From the sequence record NC_048792.1: a stretch of 64,000 bases of DNA; one strand, given 5' to 3'. Below, one piece after another: positions 27,357 to 37,645 of the stretch; the stretch's first letter is position 1, and each line of letters starts with the position of its first letter. Both the position numbers and the translations under genes were made by a program. The notes beneath the pieces are model-generated. The model saw nothing but the letters and a program-made list of their open reading frames with translations. It searched no databases and was not told where the DNA came from.

Positions 27357-28559
27357 ATGATCGATAAAATTGCAAGTGATGCAGACAACCTGAACGAGAT
27401 GCGAATCGCGTTGGAATCATTCGGTGAAACTATTCCGGAAGATGCCAAAGAGATTGCCAACCTTTACTTGGGTAATCCAACAGGTACTGAGGTATCGGTT
27501 GAGTCTGTCAAGGACAAAGCTAAAGAGCTCATCAAACGTCTGATCAAATGGCTGCAGGAAATGTACGCCAAGGCAAAAGACTGGATGCGCCAATACAACC
27601 CTTCGATATTGAAACTGAAGCATCGTTTGGAGAAAGCGAAGACTGCCGTTTCAGAAGGAGAGTTCCGCCACGGTGAAGTGAAGTTCCGCTCAGCTAATCG
27701 TTTAGCAGTAGACGGTACTTTGGGTGATGGTATTGCATTCCGCCTGAACCAGGCCGTTGACATGATCAACAGTTTCTACATCGACTCTCGTAAAGACTCT
27801 GTGGCAACTGTTAAGAAGTTGATTGCCATGGCCGAAGACTTCATTACTGATCACCCTGGCCATAGCGAAGGGCTTCGTGACGATACTGTCGAGTTCCGTA
27901 AGGAAATGATAGAGACTCTCAAACCTCTTGCTAATCGCATCGAGAATACTTTCAAAGGATATCGTCAATCTAATGAAGTAGTTCGTCGTCTTGGTTTACC
28001 GAGTTCCTTTAACGTTAAGTTCGATGATGCTCACATGGTTTCATCCGAGCTTATGCCGGGTAACTACGCTATCTTTACGCTGATGGTTAACCATACTCCG
28101 ATCATCCGGTTTAATGATGAAGGCGTCACCGAAACTCAAGCCATTGGCCGTCTTAGCGACGCATTGAAATATCTATACCCACATCTCGCTCATGTAGCGG
28201 ATCAGGGTAAAGATATTCGTGCAGCTGAAGCCTTGGATAAGAAAGGTGCGGAAGATGTATTGAAGGAAGTCGAGAAGATCATTCAGATTAAAGAGTCCTT
28301 CTCTAAATTCCCGGCAGCCGAACTTATTCGTGGCGTGACCAGAATGGCGGAGAAAGCACTTAAGAGCGACTACTACGTCTACGAGGCGATTAATATCTCT
28401 CGCGGCCTGATTGCTCTGATTAACTTCGACTCTGGTAAAGTCATGAGCTACCTGACGTCTTTAGCCAACGCCGCACTGGACTACGTAAACGCATCGCTGG
28501 GTCAGGTCACGGAAGAGGAAGACGTACCAAACTACCCAGCACTAACTCATAAGGCTTAA
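27357..28559 (+). CDS. inner-head paralog
   Basis: IALE/S, VSVE/SVKDKAKELIKRLIKW, NRLAVDG. Confidence 0.7.
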   Translation: MIDKIASDADNLNEMRIALESFGETIPEDAKEIANLYLGNPTGTEVSVESVKDKAKELIKRLIKWLQEMYAKAKDWMRQYNPSILKLKHRLEKAKTAVSEGEFRHGEVKFRSANRLAVDGTLGDGIAFRLNQAVDMINSFYIDSRKDSVATVKKLIAMAEDFITDHPGHSEGLRDDTVEFRKEMIETLKPLANRIENTFKGYRQSNEVVRRLGLPSSFNVKFDDAHMVSSELMPGNYAIFTLMVNHTPIIRFNDEGVTETQAIGRLSDALKYLYPHLAHVADQGKDIRAAEALDKKGAEDVLKEVEKIIQIKESFSKFPAAELIRGVTRMAEKALKSDYYVYEAINISRGLIALINFDSGKVMSYLTSLANAALDYVNASLGQVTEEEDVPNYPALTHKA

Positions 28560-28561
28560 CA

Positions 28562-29743
28562 ATGAGCATCCTGGAAGATAAAACGGGGATTGTCCCTCCG
28601 CATATGCAGAAGCGGTTAAATGAACTGCACTCTCTGGAAGTGGCCTGTGAAGATTGCGATTGCGAATCGGGTATGTCTCCGGACGCGTATGAGATCTTAG
28701 CAGAGATGGCTCCAAGTTACGATATGGTTCTTCCACCTGCGCCAGAAGGCGACGGCCTGGGTATGAAACAAATCGCACTGGAATCCATCCGTTCCACCCT
28801 GAAACAATGGTGGGAACAACTCAAGGCTTGGGTTATCAAAATGCGCCGTACTATCATGTCCTGGGTACGTACTACCCTGCAAGGCATTGACGGTTTGGTT
28901 AAGCACGCTGATATCCTTCGTAAGTCGGTAGAAGCCAACAGTAACTTTGGCGGTAGCGATGTTGAAATCAAACACGCCAATCTATTGGCCATTGACGGTC
29001 AGCCGGTCAACGACTTGGCTCGTCAGTTGGAAGAGCTGCGTAAGATCAACGAAGTCGGGATGGAACGTTTCACTAAGCAAGGCCAGACCTCTGCGCGTGA
29101 TTTGACTAACGACTTGACCAAGTTGGATTTCCGTCAGGCGAGTAAAGCGGTAGAAGGTTACGTAGATGCATTCCCAATCATCTGCAAGACCAAAGTAAAC
29201 CCGAATGTATCAGAAGATCTTTTCGGCATGGATCTCCGTGAAGTAGACGAGCTGCGTATGTCGGATACTTTCCTGGGTAACTACTGCTTCGTGTCGGTGA
29301 AAGCTAAACGCGATACTCACTACACGAACTCCGAGATCGAGAACCTCCAAGCGGTAGTCGATTACGCTAAGCGTTCTAAAATCCGTTTCTATCAGGACGG
29401 TAATAAAGAAACTTACGAAGGCTCCCTGCCATCCGTAGATCAGCGCACAGCGGTTTCAATCATCGACGCAGCTGTGAACCTGGCTAAGTCTGTAAAAGCC
29501 TCTAACAGCCAACGTCAGGCCGAAGAACGACTGGAAAACGAATTCCTCAAGAAGGCCGACGCAGCAGCTAAAGTCTATCTGGAAGAAGACGCTGACGCGG
29601 CTCAGGCTCGTGCAGTACGTTCCCTGTTCTCCGTTGTGCTGACCATGATCAACGGTTTAGGTTTCCACTTCAGCGATTACCTGATCTCTACGGCCAAGTC
29701 TTCTTTGGCTTACGTAAACGAACTGAACAACGCAGAGGCTTAA
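28562..29743 (+). CDS. inner-head paralog
   Basis: IALE/SIRSTLKQWWEQLKAW, NLLAIDG. Confidence 0.7.
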   Translation: MSILEDKTGIVPPHMQKRLNELHSLEVACEDCDCESGMSPDAYEILAEMAPSYDMVLPPAPEGDGLGMKQIALESIRSTLKQWWEQLKAWVIKMRRTIMSWVRTTLQGIDGLVKHADILRKSVEANSNFGGSDVEIKHANLLAIDGQPVNDLARQLEELRKINEVGMERFTKQGQTSARDLTNDLTKLDFRQASKAVEGYVDAFPIICKTKVNPNVSEDLFGMDLREVDELRMSDTFLGNYCFVSVKAKRDTHYTNSEIENLQAVVDYAKRSKIRFYQDGNKETYEGSLPSVDQRTAVSIIDAAVNLAKSVKASNSQRQAEERLENEFLKKADAAAKVYLEEDADAAQARAVRSLFSVVLTMINGLGFHFSDYLISTAKSSLAYVNELNNAEA

Positions 29744-29744
29744 G

Positions 29745-30980
29745 ATGGACGAGGGTTTTGAGATTAACGTCTCCCCTTACGATCTTCTGTTAGCTGAATC
29801 TGAATCTGAACGAATCAGTTTGGAGTCGGAAGCTATTGATGATGAAATCCAAGAGATCGGTCGTCGCACCGATCTTTACGATGAAGTCGAAGAAGGCGTA
29901 GATCACGAAGGGGACGTGACGCAACACGAGCTAGCACTCATCAGCCAAGCTACTGCTGCGTTGTTTGGCGATATCAACAACGGCGGAATGCCGTCGATGG
30001 AATCGGCAGATGGTACTATCTCCATGGAAGCGTTTGCTGACCTAGCGCGTAACATGAAAGTTTCTGCTCGCGACCTGTTGGTTCGTCTGTGGAGACTGAT
30101 TACCGATTTCTGGGAAAACATGGGTACGCGTGTCTCTGGCGTTTCTGCTGGCGCTAATGCAACTCGTGAACGTGCTAAAGATATCATCGGTACTCAACCG
30201 AAGGTATCCAAGTTCGACTCAGGTATCACCGCTGCACGTTACCTTAACTTCCGCGGTAAGAAGACTGATAAGTTCTCTAGCATCTACGAGAGCTTAAAAG
30301 AACTCGAGCACACAGTGGAGTCATTGCTGAGCACTTGGGCGATCGACGTTGTTAAGTCCGGCGATGAAGTACTCCGTATCCTGAACAAAACTCTGAGTTC
30401 AACCAACCCAGAGAATGCACAAGAGATCGAGACTAGCCTGCTTAGCGCTAACGACATCACTAGCCAGCTAATGGCGAGTGTTCACCCTAACCTGCGTAAG
30501 GAAGTCCAATTACCCGCTAACGGTACACTGGTCTTCAATCTGATCGACTCCAAAGATGTACGCTCCCAAGTTAATAAAGCTCGCGCACTTCAACGCTCAG
30601 GCTTTACCTTTAACTCAGGTGTTGTTGAAACCGAAGGGGCAACTGAAGTAGATGTCTTTACGGTAGATCAGATTCGCGAACTCATGGATGTCAGCCTGCG
30701 CATTACTGAGATCATCCGTCGTTACCGCGAACGTAACAAATTGAACAAACTGGCAGAGGATACTCTGACGTTAGTGCGTTCAGCTAAAGTCATGTCCGGT
30801 AACCTGGAAAACGATATCTCAGACAACCGTCAGGGAGCAGCTAAGAATGCATTGTACAACTACGGTAATGCTTACGCTTCATGGAGCCGCCAGCCTACCT
30901 TACCGATTATCTCGTTGACAATCACTTACCTGCGCATCGTACAGTCCATGTGCAACCGTTCGATTAACGCTTACTTGTAA
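29745..30980 (+). CDS. inner-head paralog
   Basis: SLE, SME and ISME/AF sites followed by RLWRLITDFW. Confidence 0.65.
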   Translation: MDEGFEINVSPYDLLLAESESERISLESEAIDDEIQEIGRRTDLYDEVEEGVDHEGDVTQHELALISQATAALFGDINNGGMPSMESADGTISMEAFADLARNMKVSARDLLVRLWRLITDFWENMGTRVSGVSAGANATRERAKDIIGTQPKVSKFDSGITAARYLNFRGKKTDKFSSIYESLKELEHTVESLLSTWAIDVVKSGDEVLRILNKTLSSTNPENAQEIETSLLSANDITSQLMASVHPNLRKEVQLPANGTLVFNLIDSKDVRSQVNKARALQRSGFTFNSGVVETEGATEVDVFTVDQIRELMDVSLRITEIIRRYRERNKLNKLAEDTLTLVRSAKVMSGNLENDISDNRQGAAKNALYNYGNAYASWSRQPTLPIISLTITYLRIVQSMCNRSINAYL

Positions 30981-30987
30981 AGCATAG

Positions 30988-31011
30988 AGGAGAGGGTTAA
31001 TTCCCTCTCCT
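30988..31011 (+). terminator. rho-independent terminator
   Basis: AGGAGAGGG-TTAATT-CCCTCTCCT followed by TTTTATTTT. Confidence 0.8.
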
Positions 31012-31068
31012 TTTTATTTTACGTATCGGAGGCTTTCTTTGAAGTTAACTTCTTTTAAGGAATCTAGT

Positions 31069-32145
31069 ATGAACGTAGCTGTAGTGCTGTCCCTGAACAA
31101 TGGACCGATGTCTATTAGTTTCATCGCACCTAACAATGCACCGACCATTGAAGATATTTTCAAAGGTAAAGGTCAATTCGCCGAAGTAGGCTCAACAGAC
31201 GTAGGCTTCAGTTATCTGACCCCTACCGATAATTTCCTGACCATGATGGATCTCTACGGTAACCATTGTGGTACCAAACTGACGGAGCAAGAGATCGATC
31301 AGCATTTCGTTGCTACCGTAACCAAAAAACTCACCAGCGCCGGTTATATCCTGTATCCCGAAACTCCAGATACCCTGGCAGCTCCGTCTACCGATCCGCG
31401 TATCCTGCGTGGCGTATTTAACGACTTCGTCATTGAGTCCAGTAAACTCGAAGACGATAAAATCGAATACCGCGTATCGGCCGGGGAAACAACGTTCTTC
31501 ATCGTCGGTATCAATAGTCAAGAAGGTGCCCGTGGCGTTTCTGCAATGATCGATGACTACGTCGAATCTCTGCGTTTCCTGCAAACCAACCTGGACGAAA
31601 CCGCGGACATGTTCCCTAGCGAAACCGCTGTTGCAGAAGTTGCAGCACCTAAAGTGGAAGAGCAAGTCCCCGTTCAACAGGAAGAAAACTACCTGACCAG
31701 CCTGGTCAGCGAGCTGGGTGCCGACGAACCTAAAAGTAACACCAAATCTTTCGTTGACTCTCTGGTAGAAAAAGTTGCAGAGCCGGCTAAACCAGTAAAG
31801 CAGGAAAGTCCCGCCGAAGTAAACGAAAACGTCGTTAACCGCGCCGTTCTTCTGGTGGCACGTCGGGGCGAACCATGTTCTCTGGAAGTTATCTTCACCG
31901 GGAACGATGCTGCCGCAATGAAGGACATGAACTTCCTAGGCTACGTCACCGACGCCATCAAAGGCCATGGTCAAGCCGTCTACGTCGCGTCAGATGATCG
32001 CCACATCCTGATCTTGGACGATAAGCTGGCTAAGAACTACCTGCTGCTGTTGACCAACGCCGTTAAAGACATGAAGCTGAATGTCCAAATCGACCGCCGT
32101 TCTCCAGAACAGGAACCGCTGCGTACCGACACCGTTTACCTGTAA
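31069..32145 (+). CDS. hypothetical protein
   Basis: AAGGA SD before the ATG at 31069. Two globular regions joined by a P/E/K/A linker. Confidence 0.75.
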   Translation: MNVAVVLSLNNGPMSISFIAPNNAPTIEDIFKGKGQFAEVGSTDVGFSYLTPTDNFLTMMDLYGNHCGTKLTEQEIDQHFVATVTKKLTSAGYILYPETPDTLAAPSTDPRILRGVFNDFVIESSKLEDDKIEYRVSAGETTFFIVGINSQEGARGVSAMIDDYVESLRFLQTNLDETADMFPSETAVAEVAAPKVEEQVPVQQEENYLTSLVSELGADEPKSNTKSFVDSLVEKVAEPAKPVKQESPAEVNENVVNRAVLLVARRGEPCSLEVIFTGNDAAAMKDMNFLGYVTDAIKGHGQAVYVASDDRHILILDDKLAKNYLLLLTNAVKDMKLNVQIDRRSPEQEPLRTDTVYL

Positions 32146-32152
32146 TATATTG

Positions 32153-32182
32153 AGAATGCGGGCCCTTAGGGGTTCGCATTCT
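32153..32182 (+). terminator. hairpin terminator, followed by TATG (32183)
   Basis: AGAATGCGGGCCC-TTAG-GGGTTCGCATTCT. Confidence 0.7.
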
Positions 32183-32233
32183 TATGACATCCCGCCCAAT
32201 ACGGCGCGAGCCCGGCGAACAGGAAATGAATTT

Positions 32234-33784
32234 ATGCCCCAGTTAGCGCTTCCTATCCCTGACGTCTATGCGTCCGTAACAAGACGAGTTAACGTCAGTA
32301 TCATTCGTGCTATCATGAATGTGACGGGTATCAAAGACGATACCTTTATTGAATTCGCAGGTGAGAATGAAGCAGTACCGACTTGGTTGACTACGTTGGA
32401 TCAAAAGGTCTATAACGAGAACAACACCGCCAAGTTCCCATTCTACCAAAAAATAAAAGTCGATTACCAAGAAGAGGTGAACGACGATCCGATTCTCTCT
32501 ACCGCCTATCACTACAACGATTTGATGCTGGCATGGAACGACCCTAAGAGAAAGATTAACGTCTCTCCGTTCCGTGAGCAAGTGAAGGCCACGCTTAACT
32601 TTACTTATCGTACTATCGATAAGAACGCTGCCCAAAACTGGCGTAGCATGATGCGTCGTAAGATCATGCGTCACTTCATTGACGAAACATTCAACGCTGC
32701 ATTCTACTACGTTATGCCAGTACAGGTAGTTGCCATGCTAGCTATCTTCCATGAAATGAAAGAGAAGATTGCAGGTGACGGCGATACGTTTGAAGATTAC
32801 CTGAAGAATAACGCTGTAGGTGATCTCGCCACAATGGTGGATAACGCAGGTCGAAATGCGACTTACGTTTTCCGTGAGCAGCAGCTGGATATTTTGGGTA
32901 ACTTCGAATTCTCTGCGCCGCCTATCGAAGAGAAACTACCCGACGGCAACTGCTACGATATTACCTTTACGTATCGTTTCAGTTATGACCGGCCAATCGG
33001 CATGATCGTGAAGTATCCTTTGGTCATCCACAATCAGTTGATTCCACCCGGACTTCGTAAAGACCGTGGGTTGTATTCTCCTGCTGACCAACGTGGTTTG
33101 AGCAGTGGTTCTACTCGTCGTTATTACGAGCTGTTCAAGAACTTCACTTGGTCTGCAGCTGACCCAATCTTTAACATCATCCCGTTCTACGATGATTGGA
33201 TGCCTACGCAAGTTGTGGCGGATACCTCGCCAATTGCGCAGTTCCTAATTCGTGTCGATCAGGATAACCCCAAAAAGGTTATTAACCTGAGAGAGCTCGG
33301 GAAGAACAAGTTTAACGAACAGTTCCTCGAATATATCCGTGATCAACGACTCATGGTTCCTCGAGCAACTGCGTGCGCAGCTCATATCTCGGTCTATGAA
33401 AATGACAGACCAATTGATCAACGGGATATCTTCATTGATGAAGACCTGAATATTTTCTGTCAGTACGACCTTGACGTTAAGTCGGTCTACCATGTCCGAG
33501 TGAACGTTTTCACTCAGCTACTCAACCTACAGCCATTTGCAGTTCGGTATCTCCAGGAACACCCAGATACCCTGAACATGATTGTGGATGCATTGGATCC
33601 ATTCTTCCTTAAGAACGGCGGAGTGTACCCTAAAGCTCTGAATGGTAAGTTTGTTACCATGGATGAATATTTCCGGGTAGCCAGAGAGTTGCGTGTAACC
33701 GCAGAACGGTTCTACTCATTAACGTATAAGTCGATTATCCTGCCAACTGTGCTAGGGTATCACTTCCAGGTTGTCAAGGAGTAA
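32234..33784 (+). CDS. virion structural protein (phiKZ gp98-like)
   Basis: AGGA SD before MPQLALPIPDV at 32234. Syntenic position. Confidence 0.6.
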   Translation: MPQLALPIPDVYASVTRRVNVSIIRAIMNVTGIKDDTFIEFAGENEAVPTWLTTLDQKVYNENNTAKFPFYQKIKVDYQEEVNDDPILSTAYHYNDLMLAWNDPKRKINVSPFREQVKATLNFTYRTIDKNAAQNWRSMMRRKIMRHFIDETFNAAFYYVMPVQVVAMLAIFHEMKEKIAGDGDTFEDYLKNNAVGDLATMVDNAGRNATYVFREQQLDILGNFEFSAPPIEEKLPDGNCYDITFTYRFSYDRPIGMIVKYPLVIHNQLIPPGLRKDRGLYSPADQRGLSSGSTRRYYELFKNFTWSAADPIFNIIPFYDDWMPTQVVADTSPIAQFLIRVDQDNPKKVINLRELGKNKFNEQFLEYIRDQRLMVPRATACAAHISVYENDRPIDQRDIFIDEDLNIFCQYDLDVKSVYHVRVNVFTQLLNLQPFAVRYLQEHPDTLNMIVDALDPFFLKNGGVYPKALNGKFVTMDEYFRVARELRVTAERFYSLTYKSIILPTVLGYHFQVVKE

Positions 33785-33789
33785 TTGAC

Positions 33790-35142
33790 ATGTCCTTGTT
33801 CGATGAAGATGAAAAAGCTTCCAGTATCAATCCCCCGCAGGTGCTTCCTAACGAAACGCCCTTTAAGGGGATCTCGATCGATACGCAATACACTCCGGTA
33901 TCTACGATGCTCACTGCTATCGAAGGCCGTAGTTGGATTGTCGATTACTTCTCTCAGGTACTTAATGGTGACGATGAGACTTCTAGTCACCAGATGACCC
34001 GCTTGGGGATTCACCAGCAATACAACCTGATTCAGAACCTGGAATTGATGGTAACCGATCCATTACCGGCTAACCCAACTTACGATACGACCAATAACGA
34101 GTTTACTGGCCGTGGCGTAGCTAACATGTACCCAGGCGTTCGCCCTAACGTAGGTGACATGTTTACTGCCTCTCTTCTGGATGGCAAGTTAGGGTTGTTC
34201 CAAGTCACTGAGAACATTCAGCAGAGAACCATCTACCGGCAAACGACATTCACGATTGAATACGTATTGAAATCAATACTGTCTCGTCGTGAGTTCGAAG
34301 TGATGATGAGTAAGGTTCAACGTACTTACCATTTCCACAAGTCGTTCCTGGATAGCGGGATTAACCCAATCCTAACCGATGAAGCCCATAACGCCGTAGA
34401 GGAGTTTGAGTCGATTCGTAAACGCTTACCTCGCCAGTACATGACGCAGTACTTCAATAAGGAGTACGGTACTCTCCTGGTTCCCGATCAAGGTCAACGT
34501 CCGGTCTACGATCCGTTCTTGACTAAGTTCGTTACTAACCTCTGGTCACGTTTGGAAGTGGGTACGTTTAACGGGATGAACAACCTGAACGTAATGGACG
34601 GGATTATCCGTGAGTTCAGGACGATCTACGATGCATTGCTCCACAACGATCCGTATTTGATCGATGTAGTAGAAGCGAAGATCCCTATCGTCGATACATC
34701 AACGTTCTTCCGTAACCCGTATTACGGCCCTGCCTGGTATGTAGGTATTCCTTTTGTCTTCTATCCGAAGAGCAATCCGGATGACTACATGTACAGCATG
34801 AGTGAAGCAGTACCGAAAGCCAAGGTATTGCAGCCAGGTAAAATTCCTGAACGTAACGGCCCTCCGCGTGACCCTGATGCGAAGCCTTCTATTGAGAATG
34901 GCATCAAGTTAGTTAACGCTGACGAGTACTACGTATTCAGTGCTGACTTCTACAGCAAGTCAGAAAGTCAATCGGCATTAGAAACGCTGGTATGGCAAAC
35001 TCTGGATAACGGATCCATTGATGCCAAGACATTAATCGGTCTGTTCAAAGACTCCAGGGATTGGTCTAATCTGGAAAGGTTCTATTACCTCCCGATCATG
35101 TTTGCAATCATACCGGCCGCATTACGAGGTCTTCCATCATGA
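33790..35142 (+). CDS. virion structural protein (phiKZ gp99-like)
   Basis: IEGRSWIVDYFSQ...PNVGDMF motifs. Syntenic position. Confidence 0.6.
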   Translation: MSLFDEDEKASSINPPQVLPNETPFKGISIDTQYTPVSTMLTAIEGRSWIVDYFSQVLNGDDETSSHQMTRLGIHQQYNLIQNLELMVTDPLPANPTYDTTNNEFTGRGVANMYPGVRPNVGDMFTASLLDGKLGLFQVTENIQQRTIYRQTTFTIEYVLKSILSRREFEVMMSKVQRTYHFHKSFLDSGINPILTDEAHNAVEEFESIRKRLPRQYMTQYFNKEYGTLLVPDQGQRPVYDPFLTKFVTNLWSRLEVGTFNGMNNLNVMDGIIREFRTIYDALLHNDPYLIDVVEAKIPIVDTSTFFRNPYYGPAWYVGIPFVFYPKSNPDDYMYSMSEAVPKAKVLQPGKIPERNGPPRDPDAKPSIENGIKLVNADEYYVFSADFYSKSESQSALETLVWQTLDNGSIDAKTLIGLFKDSRDWSNLERFYYLPIMFAIIPAALRGLPS

Positions 35143-35708
35143 CGAAATCTGCAGGCGAACTTATCTTCAGCAAATACTTCAACGTAGAGATGTACGAATA
35201 CGATGCAGTAGATGAAACGATGATAGGTCGGCGCGGTAGTTTCACGACAGGTTCCCCTTACCTGGATCAGATGGCATCTAAACGCCGTACTCGCGTATGG
35301 CGTACCATCAACCAGCTTCTGGATCTTTATCAGGCAGGTTCTGAGTTCACCATGGTCGATGGCATGAAAGCTATCACCCAGATGCACGAGATCATCCAGG
35401 AGCACATCCACGACGTTGAGATGTACATGAAGTCCATGGCAAGTAGCATGTACTCAGAAGACCCCGAGGTTACTCAGGAGCGCCTGCGTGACCTCCAGTC
35501 ATTGGACGAACTGGGTCGGCACATCTACAACAAAGTTCGTACCTCTAAGATGCCTGAGGTTCATAGCGTCTTCCGCGGTTACATTGACTTTAGCCCAACG
35601 TTGATCAAGCCGGCCTCGTCGATTGAGATTAAACGCGCAGCTGACTACATCCCTGTTACTGAGCGTATCAAGTACGCTCCTGTACGTAAAAGGAACTTCT
35701 ATAAATGA
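35139..35708 (+). CDS. conserved hypothetical protein (phiKZ gp100-like)
   Basis: ATGA-coupled 189-aa ORF. Confidence 0.6.
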   Translation: MTKSAGELIFSKYFNVEMYEYDAVDETMIGRRGSFTTGSPYLDQMASKRRTRVWRTINQLLDLYQAGSEFTMVDGMKAITQMHEIIQEHIHDVEMYMKSMASSMYSEDPEVTQERLRDLQSLDELGRHIYNKVRTSKMPEVHSVFRGYIDFSPTLIKPASSIEIKRAADYIPVTERIKYAPVRKRNFYK

Positions 35709-37039
35709 ACTCCGCCCTGTTGAGAAAACAGGCAATGGAAATAACCGGGTCGGGGAGTTATCCCCGATTCCGATTCCGTCTTATTTTCACATTGCCTAGA
35801 CGTAAGTTGGAAGTAACTCGGGTTATTGAAAAGTACACAGAAGCAGATTACGTATCTAGCTTTACCCACGATACGGAAATGCGTATTGCGGTTATCACAT
35901 CGGATTACAATCTGTTGTACGCTAACCGTGACAACCTGAATGCAGTGCTCATTCAGGAACAAGTAGACCCGGTTTCCAGCACACCGATCACCTCTGGCCT
36001 TCGTTACAATACGCAGTTTAAAGTTATCCTTAAAGATAACACTGTGGCTCAGATGTCTTCTGACTCATCGTTAACGACTGCACCGTATTCTGACGGTAAA
36101 GATGAACTGAGGATGGTAAGGATTCAATTAGTGGATCCCATCGCCGTCTCAATGAATACAAAGTACGCCCAGGGCATTTTCCGTTATGCTAAACCATCGG
36201 ACGTACTTAAAGGGATGATCCTCTCCCAAACTAAGATCGACTCAGATCAAGGATTACCGCCGTTATTATCGCTAGACATGGTTGATCCAGAGAACGACGG
36301 TCAAAGCGATATCGTTGGTGATGTTATCATCGAGAACGGAACTCGTATGGTAGGGTTGGCTGCATTTATCCAGGATCAGATCACGGGTATCTACAACCAC
36401 GGTATTGGGTCATTCATCCAGAACCAACGTTGGTACATCTACCCGATCTTTAACACGAGACGGTACACGAAGACTACCCGACGTTTGACTATCATTCAGA
36501 GTACTTCTCTAATGATCCCTGCGTCAGATCGTTCGTTTAAAATGGTAGGGAATGACATTACGGTAGTTTGCGCTGGTGCAGTTAAGATGCAGGACTTGTC
36601 CGTATCAAACAGCATAAACGGTGAAACCGCCATGCACTTCACTCGTGCAAGCGGCTTCTTGGATAACCCTACTATTAACGACAACAACCAGTCCGTCTAC
36701 AACCGTCAAGAGATCAGTGCCGACATTACCGCTGAACCTCGTAAGGATAAACGGACAATGGCTAACGTTAAAGGCGTGACCGATAACTTGGCTAGAGTCC
36801 AATCTGAACTTGCCTCTAAACGAGGTATGGTTATGGTAACGACTTGGCAACGTTCCGATATCCGGTTACTTACCCCTGGGATGCCCGTAAGAGTTTATTA
36901 CGACAACGGCGGTAATGTGACCACGTTAGAAGGTGTACTCATCCAAGCTAACGAACAATGGACTGGGGAACAACCTGGACTGCTGGCCAATACGATGAAA
37001 AGTGCCGCTGCACTATTCCTCTACCTCGAGAAGGTTTGA
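35705..37039 (+). CDS. baseplate hub-like protein (T4 gp27-type; phiKZ gp101-like)
   Basis: Beta-rich, with C-terminal WQRSDIRLLTPGMPVRVYY typical of hub proteins. ATGA-coupled. Confidence 0.5.
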   Translation: MNSALLRKQAMEITGSGSYPRFRFRLIFTLPRRKLEVTRVIEKYTEADYVSSFTHDTEMRIAVITSDYNLLYANRDNLNAVLIQEQVDPVSSTPITSGLRYNTQFKVILKDNTVAQMSSDSSLTTAPYSDGKDELRMVRIQLVDPIAVSMNTKYAQGIFRYAKPSDVLKGMILSQTKIDSDQGLPPLLSLDMVDPENDGQSDIVGDVIIENGTRMVGLAAFIQDQITGIYNHGIGSFIQNQRWYIYPIFNTRRYTKTTRRLTIIQSTSLMIPASDRSFKMVGNDITVVCAGAVKMQDLSVSNSINGETAMHFTRASGFLDNPTINDNNQSVYNRQEISADITAEPRKDKRTMANVKGVTDNLARVQSELASKRGMVMVTTWQRSDIRLLTPGMPVRVYYDNGGNVTTLEGVLIQANEQWTGEQPGLLANTMKSAAALFLYLEKV

Positions 37040-37041
37040 GA

Positions 37042-37052
37042 TATATATCACT
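37042..37052 (+). promoter_or_regulatory. putative early promoter variant TATATATCACT
   Basis: One mismatch to the TATATATTACT seen at 3135 and 44099. Upstream of the GNAT gene. Confidence 0.4.
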
Positions 37053-37090
37053 CCTTTGAATATTAACTTTAGCAAATCAGTTTAACGAAT

Positions 37091-37645
37091 ATGTATACTT
37101 TGCGTCTTTTCGATAGTTCCGTCAACGAAGTGGAAATGTTAGAATTAATCACTTCTCACAAAACGTCACTCGATCGTTTGATTGGCACCCTGAACAAGTA
37201 CCACGAAAAGTTGAACGGTATTGTAGTCGACTCAGAATCATTCTACGACCACATGTCCGAGCTTAGTTCTACCACAGGTTCTTACCTTTTAGCAGTAGTT
37301 TTGTACAAGGAAATCCCAGTTGCTTTCTGCACGGCCTTGTACGAGAACGGAGAGCTCCTTATAGAGCGTTTGTTCGTCGATGAGGATCGTCGCCTAGGTG
37401 AGATAGGAAAAACGCTCTACGAGGCTTTGGTGGCGCTTTCTGAACCAACGTACATTAAGGCCTTCTGCGTTAACGGGAATAATAAAGGTGCTGCCTTCTT
37501 TGAATCCATCGGTTTCGTTATGAGTCCGACAGAAAGCTCTCGTCGCTGCAAGGTATTCGAGAAGAAACCTCAACAAGAGGATTTTATCCTAAATGAAATT
37601 CCCCGAGAACAAAGTCAACGTCAAGAAAGTAACCGACTTAATTAG
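37091..37645 (+). CDS. GNAT family acetyltransferase
   Basis: LIERLFVDEDRRLGEIGKTL motif A and NNKGAAFFESIGF motif B. Confidence 0.7.
   Translation: MYTLRLFDSSVNEVEMLELITSHKTSLDRLIGTLNKYHEKLNGIVVDSESFYDHMSELSSTTGSYLLAVVLYKEIPVAFCTALYENGELLIERLFVDEDRRLGEIGKTLYEALVALSEPTYIKAFCVNGNNKGAAFFESIGFVMSPTESSRRCKVFEKKPQQEDFILNEIPREQSQRQESNRLN

Noticed and set aside
33785-33997. Small overlapping + strand ORFs such as 33785-33997, 640-708 and other upstream extensions in the ORF track
   Set aside because: They lack SD sites and overlap better-supported genes. Starts were moved to SD-supported codons.
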